Of a stretch of DNA of 64,000 nt, positions 53,122 to 64,000 are shown one piece after another; positions within the stretch are counted from its first letter, which is position 1; the number at the start of each line of letters is the position of its first letter. This stretch comes from Eledone cirrhosa. Its lineage: Eukaryota. A program made the position numbers and the translations under genes. Location of the stretch: the NCBI GenBank assembly GCA_964016885.1, contig OZ024755.1:13330001-13394000 (forward strand). Reading direction: 5' to 3'. Below the pieces are notes generated by a model that searched no databases, was not told the origin of the DNA, and was given only the letters and a program-made list of their open reading frames with translations.

Positions 53122-53538
53122 GTGTCCTGTATTCTAAGCTACACATAGCACCAGACTTTACCAAAATGACCTGTATTCCAAGCTATGCTTAGCACCAGGC
53201 TTTGCCAAAATATCTTGTATTCCAAGCTACACATAACACCAGACTTTATCAACATGTTCCATTTTCCAAGCTACACATAGGACTAGGCTTTACCAAAAAT
53301 GTCCTGTAGTCCAAGCTATACATAGCATGAGACTTTACCAAAATGTCCTGCATTTCCAAGCTACATGTACTACCCCTCTTGTATCAGACTTTACTAAAAT
53401 GTTCTGTAGTCCAAGCTACACATAGCACCAGACTTTACCAAAATGTTCTGTAGTCTAAGCTACACATACCACCCCTCTTGTACCAAAATGTCCTGTAGTA
53501 CGAGATAAACTTAGCACCAGACTTTACCAAAATGTCCC
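53122..53538. repeat. about 44-bp degenerate minisatellite, about 9 copies
   Basis: unit tgtcctgtattccaagctacacatagcaccagactttaccaaaa. Confidence 0.85.
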
Positions 53539-54285
53539 AACTGGTTACCAATCAATTACATATTTTGATGTTATTTTTATTGATCTACAGACAACTGATA
53601 GTTTCATCATGATATTAAATATATATTTGTGTGTGTATGCCTATCTATTTATGTGTGTCTATGTATGTATACTTGTAAATTTGTATGTGTGTCTATGTAT
53701 GTGTGTATGTGTATATCTGTCTATGTATGCGTATGTCTGTCTGTATGTATGTGTATGTCTATGTATGTGTGTGTTTGTGTATGTATGTATATGTATGTCT
53801 GTGTATGCATGTGTGTGTATGTGTCTGTATGTCTGTGTCTATGTGTGTGCATGCTTTACTGTTTGATGTTGTAGTTACCATATCACAGCTCTTATTTTCT
53901 GCTCTAGTTGATTGAAATTCATGTTAATTTCATACACCTTTGTCTCCTCCTCCCCCTCACCTGAAGTTCTGTGATATAATCATTTATATTGAACAGATTC
54001 CAATAAAGGTAGCAGACATATGTCTCATTATTTGAAGAATTAGAGTAGGAGGAGACCCGTGAAAACAACCAGCTTATCCACACCCCACCCCACACTGACC
54101 CACATCACATAGCTCCACACAGCCCTGACAGATCTTGAAATAATGCATGTTGGTCATCCATCACTTGTGATGATGAGTGCTCCAGTTATTTGAACAATGG
54201 AACAGCCTGATTGTGAAATTAACATGCAAGTGGCTGAGCATTCTACAGATACATGCACCCTTAACATAGTCTGGATTTTACATAC

Positions 54286-54615
54286 ATCATCATCATCATC
54301 ATTTTACGTCCGCTTTTCCCTGCTTGCAAGGGTTGGACGGGTCCTATTCAGCACAGCATCTCTCCACTTGTCACGGTCCTTCGTCATCTCCTCGGTGAGT
54401 TTCAGTGATCTGAGGTCTGCTCTCACCACCTCCGCCCATGTTTTACGTGGTCTACCTCTGCTGCATCTTCCTTCTACTGGGATTTCTTGGCACTTCTTTA
54501 CCCAGCGGTCATCCTCCATGCACATCACATGTCCATACCATCTCAGCCTTCTCTCCTGCACACCACAACTTATCCCTCTTATACCCAGTTTCTTTCTCAA
54601 CTTGTCTATGGAAGG
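54286..54615 (-). mobile_element. RTE LINE 3' fragment
   Basis: [21 protein letters not shown]...GRPRKTWAEVVRADL; (GAT)n tail. Confidence 0.9.
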
Positions 54616-54652
54616 AATATATTAGGTTAATGCTTGTACTAGCAGGAAGAGG

Positions 54653-54691
54653 GTCTTAACGTTTCGGATGCTAGTCCTTCATCAGTAGAAA
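54653..54691 (-). ncRNA. Penelope-type minimal hammerhead motif
   Basis: minus strand ucua-CUGAUGA-a GGA cuagca UCC-GAAA-CGUU aaga; palindromic AACGUU stem III can only pair as a dimer; stem I weak. Confidence 0.6.
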
Positions 54692-55612
54692 GAATGCGGA
54701 ATAGGATAGATTGAAAGGACAGGTGGGTTGGGATTGGAAAAAATATCTTTAGATAAAAATAATATATAACATTTGTGTGTGTGTCTTCATATTCAACATC
54801 ACAAGCAATGATATTTGTTTATGTTCTATATAAACAAAGATCTCACTGCCCACCAGTTATGTGTGTGAGCATTAATACCCTACTTAGAAACATGTGAGGG
54901 TCATCTCCATTAATGACAACCAACCATAGAACACTACCTCAAAAAGAATCTCCTCCAACCCATGCCAGTATGGAAAAATAAACGTAAAACTGATTATTAC
55001 GATGATGATGATTGTGTGGTGTTTGATTAGGTAGGAGTTTTGAAGAGTTTCTGCTATATCTGAAGTTTTTTGATTTGTCATTAATAAACCAGAATTTGTC
55101 TCAGAGATTTTCAATTCTTTCTACGCTTGCTGTATATCATTATTCCTTATTGTCCTGCATCCTTTCCTGCTGGCCATTGGCTCTCAATATAATTTGTTGA
55201 ATAACTCTTACTTTTCACCCACACAAATCTGATTATGATAAATTAGTTATAAGTAATTGAAGTGTCGATTAATAAGATATAAGCCTTTGGGAGAGAGGAA
55301 TTAAATTCTTCCACGTTCAATAAATTCAATATCTTCTGAAATTCAATAAAGAACTCATTTCTGTTACTAAAAATCAAGTTTTCTCTGGGGAAATTTCGTA
55401 AAGTACCTGGATAAAACTGGAAATCGAACTAATGGGAAAAAATATAAAGCAAAACTAACAAACAAAAACAACAAAAAAGCAACCCAAATAGTTCCACATT
55501 TTGTTTTTAAAAGATTCTTCTTAAATTCCATTTATCTTCATTAGTTAAAATCTTCATGAACTGGATAAAAATCATTTTCTCTCAGATTGTCAGTGTGTTT
55601 AAAAAGATTAAG

Positions 55613-55643
<31 letters not shown>

Positions 55644-56634
55644 TAAATGTATGTATATATATAATGTATGTGTATGTATATATTCATATATATAAGGGAA
55701 ATGGATGTTAAATGTTGAAGACAATGTAATATACTCTTCCTGTTACTGGAAAGTAGATACAATTCTCTCATCATTTACAATCAAATATACGCGAGTCATT
55801 GCTTGTGTGTATATGTGTGCACATGTGAAAGTAATCCCCACAGTAAATAGCTATAATAAATTCGATAAGTTTATAAATACCATGGCTCTCAATATATTTA
55901 TTTTCATTAATTACATAAAAGACAAATGTCTGATACACTGTTGTTCAACTGTCCATTCCTCTCTCTATATCGTTACAACTAATATTTCATTTAACTCATT
56001 AATTTCCTGCAAATAGAAGCTAATTCCTTAATTCCTTAAAAACAATAAATATTCTGTCACACAAAATGAAATAGTTTAATGAAATATGAACATCTGTGAA
56101 CTTAAATATTTTTTGGTTTCAAAATATTCGAAATTTCATGAAGTTTGGAAAAAGTAAGGTGATTTATTTTGATATTCTTGTAAAAAATTTTTTTTCATAT
56201 ATTATTTAGTCAGAGAAGACAGGCCAGTATCTATAGGTGTATTCAGGGCTTCCAAAATTGGTGGGTGTGAGGGAGGAAGGACAGTGTCCTCAAACTAGGT
56301 TGTGGCAGTGATAAACTGGGTAATTACTACCCAAGCAGGTCACAGCAGGTTTTGAACTAGGATTGAAAATTGCCAGCACTGTGGGAGCTCAGCAGTCAGC
56401 ACAAACTATTTATAATATATAAACTCTACTTTCTCAAGTATTGTGTACTTAGCTGAACATGGTCTTACTGGTCTAGACTAGTAACTTCCAATCTCTCTCT
56501 CTGTATGTATATATATATATATAAACAACTGACCATAGCAGAACGTAAAAATAACCGTTAAAAACTTTACTTTTCTCTAATATTATTTCTCCAAGAAAGA
56601 CTTTCTTTTTTATGTTTTCTTTGTGTTGCTTCTA

Positions 56635-56693
56635 ACTATCTGAAGAGGTCATAGCTGTTGAATTGTGGCTATCACCAAAATATATATAATGGT
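56635..56693 (+). ncRNA. degenerate hammerhead, same family as 52533-52588 (GAAA mutated to AAAA)
   Basis: ACUAU-CUGAAGA-GGU C AUAGC...GCUAU C ACC-AAAA-UAUAUAUA-AUGGU; stems preserved by compensatory changes. Confidence 0.7.
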
Positions 56694-56807
56694 AATGAAA
56701 GAAGTAAATTATGAAATGTTGTTTATATATATATATATATATCTTGCAGCTTCTTTTTATAAAGATGATAGCCTGATGATCAAAATATATTTTCTATTTG
56801 CTTTTAG

Positions 56808-56899
56808 ATATCCTAGTGTTTGCAATTGGCGAGCAGAACCACCATGAAGGAACCAAATTAATTCTTGACTTATTGCAACAACCAAAACTCAATAAACAG
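56808..56899 (+). CDS. SNX14: SNX14 coding exon (NILVFAIGEQNHHEGTKLILDLLQQPKLNKQ)
   Basis: ttttAG / GTaaca; contains the PXC signature LQQPxLNKQ. Confidence 0.95.
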
Positions 56900-57980
56900 G
56901 TAACATGTAATGTTCATGTTGTGTAAAACTTCTGGGATAATTCTTGTCTATATTGCTAATGAAAGACACTGAATACAAATTTTGAAAAACTTTTGAAAAT
57001 TATTAAGAATTTGGATGGATTTAGTAATATATTCAATTTTCTCATCATTAAGCTGGTATTTTTGGAACATAACTTAACAGTTCTAACATAAAATATGATG
57101 AAAGGTTTTAGATAAATGTAAGCATTTAAAAATAAACAGCTAAGTATTGTAAAACCAGGGGAGGTTTCAGGTGGTTTGGTAGCAAAAGGTACATGTTTGT
57201 ATATATATATATATGTGTGTGTGTGTGTGGTAATATGGTAATATTAGTACAGATCCACAGGCAGGGTTGGGCTATTTAGAAGTTGACTTTCAAATTAAAT
57301 TCATCGGGATATTCTTGTCTTTATTGTTGCATAGACTTTTTTCATTGTTTAGTCAGAGAGGATAGGTCAGTGCACACAGTTGTTTTCAGGGCCTCAGTTT
57401 GTTTGGTTAGAGGGAGAGAGGAAAGTGTCCTCAAACTCTGGAAATATGGCCCAAATACTTGCAACAGAGTAGACTCTACTACAGATAGATAGTGCTTTCT
57501 ACTACAGGTAAATGGTACCTTTAGATAGGATGGAAAACATGGAGATTAAAATGATGAGAATATACAAAATTTAACCAAAACTGTAAAATGTGTAAGTAAC
57601 TACATTGGCGTGTGTAAATGTACATCTTTTTTTAATGTGTTCATCTTATAAAGCAATTAGTTGTATATTTTTCTGAAGACTTAGATTGAATCGAACAAGA
57701 TTTGAAACCTGAGTCATATCTTTCAGTTGATTTAGGTGTTTGGCAATATACATAAAAACATATGTTGGTGTGTATATATAGTAATAATAAATGTGAAGAC
57801 TAAAATCCGAAGAGGGCTCGATAAAGATTATATATATATTTATAAAATATATATAAATATAAAAACCCGTAGAGCAAATATTTATTATAAGAACAGATTA
57901 AAGTTTAAGCAAAGAATTGCAGCTTTCACCCTTAACTGTTAAGGGTGTAAGCAGTGATTCTTTGCTTAAACTTATAATAA

Positions 57981-58019
<39 letters not shown>

Positions 58020-58406
58020 TATCCGAAATAAATTTAATTAAATTAAATTAAGGGAGTCATGTCCGAGACATGCACCATATCCACCGTAGAATAAGCTCAA
58101 AGATTCCAATGAATAGATCCGAGCATTTTATATCAACTAGAAATTGATTGACATATATATATATATTTAAAATAAACACATGAAACAATCACATGGGATA
58201 ATTTGTAAAGTGTGTAATCACACATAGCTAGGTAGGTAACTAATTAAAGTTTAACTAGAGCTTCAAATATTACCTTTTAAAAAATGATTAAACTTTAATT
58301 AGTTACCTATCTAGCTATGTGTGATTACACACTTTAAAAATTATCCCCTGTGATTGTTTCATGTGTTTATTTTAAATATATATATATATGTCAATCAATT
58401 TCTAGT

Positions 58407-58446
<40 letters not shown>

Positions 58447-58735
58447 TATTTCAGCTGCCTAGTGCATAATTTAATATGATTACGCATCACAGATAGATTG
58501 ATAATTGATATGCTGTTTAGAACAGCCTATTGTAAATGATATATTGGACAAGATATTTAACTATTCTTTAGTTTATAACTAGATGAAAAATAGTTATCAG
58601 TTTATTAATTTAACACTTTGTCCATAAGGAGTCTCATTATTTGTTACGGCAGAAATGAAAGCTAATTTTTTTACCTACATGGACCAGTTGTTATCTAAGG
58701 AGAATTTTATTCAATTGATGTTAGAAATATTACTG

Positions 58736-58925
58736 TGGACTCCGTATGCTGTAGTGAAGGTAACCCATCCAGGAGGGTGGTGTCTTCGATTAAAAATGAC
58801 TGCATAGGCAGACATGGACTCGGTAAGCTGTAGTGAAGGTAACCCATCTAGGAGGGCAATGACTCTGATTAAAAACAACTGCACTGGGCAGACAGGGTTC
58901 TTTCAGCCATAGTGAAGGCAACACC
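58736..58925. repeat. about 80-bp tandem repeat, 2.3 copies
   Basis: ggactc.gta.gctgtagtgaaggtaacccatc.aggaggg...gattaaaaa..actgca..ggcagaca. Confidence 0.75.
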
Positions 58926-61320
58926 CAAATAAAAACTGATATAGAATGGAGAAGGCACTTGAGTCCAGTAAGGCAACCTCTCTAGTGTTGGTCGCATGAA
59001 CAATACACCCAGTCTATGCTGTAAAGTGGTTGGTAATAGGAGGGGCATTCAGCCAGAAAAACTCTGCCAAAATTATGACAAGCAAGCTCAGTAAACTGAA
59101 TCAATTATTCACAACTGTGTTGCTGTTAATATTCCCTCAAATTTTCTTAATGTTTTTATGGTAACAAATTGTGTAAAATTTCTCCAGTGACAAAAAAGAA
59201 ACAACAAAAAAACAAAAAAATATGTATGTGCTTTGAATTCTGAGTGCATGTTAATCTAAAATCTGAAAATATCCAGATAATTTTGGTATGTATCTCAAGG
59301 GTTCATAAAATTTTCACATGGTTTCTAATCTTAAAAAACTAGAATAGTTACCATTGAATTACATTTCAGTATGTGTTGCTGTTAGCATATAAACTATGCA
59401 CCTGTTTTTAAACAAATGTATTCACTTTTTATGTATTATTTAATTCAAGATTTGTATATTGGTTTGGAAAACATTGCATAGCTTAAAGCAATGATTCTGA
59501 ATATAGGGTGCATGCTCCACAGGCTAGGCAATTTTAATGTATTTTTGGTGGGGTGTATATGGGATTTTAAAAAATTTGTCATGTCATTTTAACTTCTGTG
59601 TGTATAGAATAGAGATATTGTATCCCTGTGTGTTGTATCAAGCAACCACATAATAGTTGGCATGAAAAGAAGCATCTGCCTGTAAAACATTGCCTCAAAA
59701 AGGATTCCATACTGAGTTTGATGTCTATCATGTGACCTGCTCTAAGCAGGAGAAATAGAGCTAAAACACTTGTTAGGTTGTATATCTTTTTAATACTAAA
59801 TAGTTTCTATATTCAAGAGGGATCATTAGACATTTTTGGGTGTTGTGGTGGGGCATGGAGCAAAAATGGTAAAGAACCATCATTGATCATTCACACACTT
59901 CCTTTCACATGACAAGTGGAAGGAAGCTGTGTTGGAGATGATTTGTTCAACTCATGCAAGTATGAAAAAATATATGTAAAAAATGTTGATGATGATGAGT
60001 GATTGAAATTAGTTAATTATTTTGATGGTTCTATGGTACAAAACTGTCCATTTTAAAGTGTTCATACTTATATTAACATATCCCATTATCATTTTATGTT
60101 CCAAAAATCATCATCATTATTTAACATCTACTTTCCCTGCTAGCAAGGAGTGGATGGGTTTACATAGACCAAGTCAGTACTGAAATTTGTAGACTTCCCA
60201 GGCAGGCTGCTTACATACGGTCATACATTCTATCGAGTGCAGAGAAGTTGTGTCTTTTGACACAAACAGAAGGAACCATCTAATTCCTTATTTAGCAAGC
60301 TTTCTATAGCTGGATGCCCTTACTAACACCAATACCTTTACAGTGTCCACTGGTTGAGTTTATTGTGTAGATCACTCTAGGGAGGTTGTCATGTCCTTGA
60401 CACAATATGACATAAATGTGGGCACGGCTGGACCTTGAACATAGTTTCTACTCAATTTCCCTCACATAGTTTGGGTTGACCAAAGGCTACAGTAAAGATA
60501 TTTTGCCAAGATGCTGCTTGGTGGGACCAAACCCAGGACCTCATGATTGTGAAGCAAGCTTCTTGACCACTCAGCCATGCCTGTGTCCACATAGGTAAAT
60601 AGAAGTTACTAGAAGTTCTAATTATTTTGAAAAACAGTGGCTAGGAATCAAAGATATTAAGAGATGTGGGTGAAGAAATGCCAGAAGTTCCATGTTGTAG
60701 AGATAGGTGAAGAAACTCCTGGACAGAAGTGGTGAAAGAGAATCAGAGGCTGCTAAACTTAACAAAAGAAAGAGACAAATGGGACGGACAATGTACTGAT
60801 GAGGGCTTATCTAACTTATGCAAGCATGGAAAATAAACATAAATATAATGATGATGGTAGTGGAGTGGTGACTCTATTACATCATCCAGCCACATGGAGG
60901 TTCAGTGTATGATATACATGTTGGACAAAAATGTACCATGGATTGATGAAAGAAAGCTGTTAGAGTAGATTCAAAGAAGACTTTAGGAAAAGTATTTAGA
61001 GAAAGAGAAGTGAAAATGTTGAAGATAATGAAGGATAAAGATTAAACCAATTTATTTATAAACCTATCTAATGGATATATCAGCACATTGGATGTTAGAA
61101 TGTTAATGAAGGGGATGATAGTAGTGTTGGTTCTGATGGTGGTAGTTGTGGTGATAAGGATGATGATCAGGGTGATACTAGTGATGATAATGGTTGTGTA
61201 ATGGTAGTGGTGGTGATGATGCTAGTAACGGCATTTAAGATGTTACAAAATAGCAGCTTTTTTTTTCACTTTTATCTTTCCTCGATCATTTTAAAGATAA
61301 ATGATGTATGTATGTGTGTG

Positions 61321-61428
<108 letters not shown>

Positions 61429-61734
61429 AATACATGTAGGTATATATCTATGTGTATATATAATATATGGATGTACATATCTATGTATATATGTATGTAT
61501 GTATCTATGTATGTATATATCTACGTATATATACAAATAAGTATGTATGTGTATTTATATATCTATGTATATATGTATGTATGTGTATTTATATATGTAT
61601 GTATGTGTATTTATATATGTATCTATGTATATCTATATATCTATGTGTCTATGTATATCTATGTATATCTATGTATATATCTATATATCTTTGTATGTAT
61701 GTATAACAATCTTTTTTCCCCTTTTTTCTTGCAG

Positions 61735-61833
61735 TTAACTTATGTCTTTCTTGACATCATCATTGTAGAGCTGTTTCCTGAACTGAAAGAAAATTACAGC
61801 CCAGATGTTCGACTTAACAATTCTAATAGTTAA
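61735..61833 (+). CDS. SNX14: SNX14 last coding exon ([32 protein letters not shown])
   Basis: strong polypyrimidine tract and ttgcAG; LTYVxLDIxxxELFPEL signature; TAA at 61831-61833. Confidence 0.96.
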   Translation, partial: LTYVFLDIIIVELFPELKENYSPDVRLNNSNS

Positions 61834-62027
61834 TCTATTTCGAAAATAGACTGAAAACTTCCTTCTTTTGTTTGTAATGCAAGTCTGTTTGAATGTAAAC
61901 AATACACTATTAATGTTGTTGTTGGTGTTGGTGGATGATGTAGCTCTATTCCTGGAGGGACAACATCTTTCTTATTATGACTTATTTACTAACAAACAAT
62001 ACAATTGAACATTCCCACACTTTGATA

Positions 62028-62033
62028 AATAAA
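62028..62033 (+). promoter_or_regulatory. candidate SNX14 polyadenylation signal AATAAA
   Basis: AATAAA about 195 nt after the stop codon; further AATAAA hexamers occur downstream, so the true site is uncertain. Confidence 0.25.
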
Positions 62034-62039
62034 TAAGAA

Positions 62040-62820
62040 GAACAGCAACTACACAAAAACAACAAAATCCTCCAGCAACAACAACAACTACTACTACTAC
62101 GACAAACAAACCCAACAGTAACAACAACAACAATAACAACTACAACAATGACTATGTCAAACAAGCCCAATAGTAAAAACAACAACAACAACAACAACTA
62201 CAACAATGACTATGACAAACAAACCCAACAGTAACAACAACTACAACAATGACTATGGCACATAAACCCAACAGTAACAACAACAAGAACAACACAGCAA
62301 CAGCAAAACAATCCCCCCAGCAACAAGAATAAAAACAATTACAACAAGAATGACTAAAGCATACAAACCTTACAACAACAACAACAAACACATCCTTCAA
62401 CAACATAGAAAAAACTAGCCAGAACAATAGCAATAGAAATAATGACAACAAAACACAACACCATTAACACTAACAACAACAACAATCCCAGCAACAACAC
62501 CGTCAACAACAATAAAAAAAACAAACAAACCAAAAAAAACAAACAACCACAACAACAAAGCCATCAACAACAAAAACCTAACAAACCAACAAAAACCCTA
62601 CAAAACAACAGCAACAGCAACAACATCACCACCAGCATCATCAACAACAATAACAACAACAACAATCTCAGCAACATCACCACCAGCATCATCAACAACA
62701 ACAAAAACCCAACAAAACAACAACAATAACAATCATAGCAACAGCAGCATCATCATGAACAACAATTACTAACAATACTGTTCACAAAGAAAATAACAAA
62801 AGACCATGATAAAAACAGCA
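62040..62820. repeat. degenerate (CAA)n tract in or after the SNX14 3'UTR
   Basis: direct inspection; (CTA/CCA)n tract also at 63420-63836 and (GTT)n tract at 33420-33790. Confidence 0.85.
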
Positions 62821-64000
62821 ATCTAAGCAAATAAGAGAAGACAGTAATTAAGAGCATTAAATGAAACTAGCAGAAAAACCACCCTTGTGTAGTGTGTATA
62901 TTGGTATTATACATAGGTATATATACATGTAGATATGATACATCAAATAAAATCGTAATTGACAATATATAATACATAGAAAGTGAACGAAGACTGCGTT
63001 ACACTGTCTTATGTAATCAGTAAAGTAATCCATGATACATTAAAAAAAGACGATATTATATATAAACTGCATTAGGAGAAAATTAGTGACGGAAAATTAG
63101 TATGTTTATTTAAGTGTTGGAAGTGTTGACATTTCAGAAATTTTAAAGAAGTGAATCTTTAAATAAACAAAATATATTTAATGAACAGCCACAACATTTA
63201 GTAGATAAATTATGTAATATTCATTCATTATTTATTCAAAGTAATCCAACTTATTTTACAAACAGGATAAAAAAAACAAAACATACGCAATCCCGCAGAT
63301 CTTCCTTTATTATAGTTTAGATATAATAATTCTTTAGAAATCAGATAAACCTATCTTTGATGTTAGTACATATAGTGTTCAATATTTTTTCTCAAGTGAT
63401 ATATTTTCAATAGACACAATATACTACTACTGCTACTACTACTGCCATCACCACCACCACCACCACCACCACCACTACTACTACTACTACTATCACCATT
63501 GCCATCACCACCACTATCACTACTATTACTACCATCACCAACACAACCATGACTACTACTTCCACATCACTACTGCTACTACCACCACCACAACCACTAC
63601 CACCGCCACCACTACTACTACTATTGCTACTGCTACCTCCACCAGCACCACTACTACTATTATTGCTACTGCTACCGCTACCACCACGACCACCACTACT
63701 ACCACTACTACTATTGCTAAAACCACAGCCACCACCGCCACTAGTACTACTACTACTACTATTGCTACTGCTACCACCAGCACCACTACTACTACTATTG
63801 CTACCACCACCACCACTACTACTACTACTACTACTCAGGTTTTTAGTTGTATCAAAAAAGGTGCCTGATTCTCCACTGTATAAAAGTATGCCATATTGAT
63901 TGCAGTTTCTTTTCAGTATATATGTGTGTGTGTATACTCTAGTGGGTTATGATCTACCTGGTTTTTACCACACCCTATCTGATATATACGTGTGTGTGTA

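Noticed and set aside
57666-57720. CTGAAGA...GAAA cctga GTC hammerhead-like spacing
   Set aside because: Stems I and II do not pair convincingly; at best highly degenerate.

Overview
AT-rich eukaryotic DNA, most likely an octopus or other coleoid cephalopod. This is inferred from the RTE LINE tails ending in (GAT)n, the tRNA-derived SINEs and the very long (TA)/(TATG) microsatellites. The only host gene is the 3' part of a sorting nexin 14 (SNX14) orthologue on the + strand: 13 hand-assembled GT-AG coding exons (1863-61833, 1034 nt, phases consistent, ending in TAA) encoding the distal PX and PXC/Nexin_C regions. The introns hold RTE LINE fragments, a Tx1/L1-like 3' fragment with a 10-bp TSD, a non-autonomous Helitron, mariner-, pogo- and piggyBac-like MITEs, SINEs and LINE-derived minisatellites. 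One RTE fragment has an uninterrupted 467-codon RT C-terminal frame with a C4HC3 PHD-like insert. Most long ORFs in the supplied track are microsatellite artefacts. The main unexpected signal is a dispersed set of type I hammerhead-ribozyme-like motifs (CUGANGA...GAAA...NUH with paired stems, one pair showing covariation). They lie in short non-coding units, mostly beside (TA)n tracts, and several long fold-back palindromes turn around at or next to the ribozyme core. This suggests a non-autonomous, microsatellite-associated Penelope-like or retrozyme-type system. All folds were done by eye and cleavage activity is untested.
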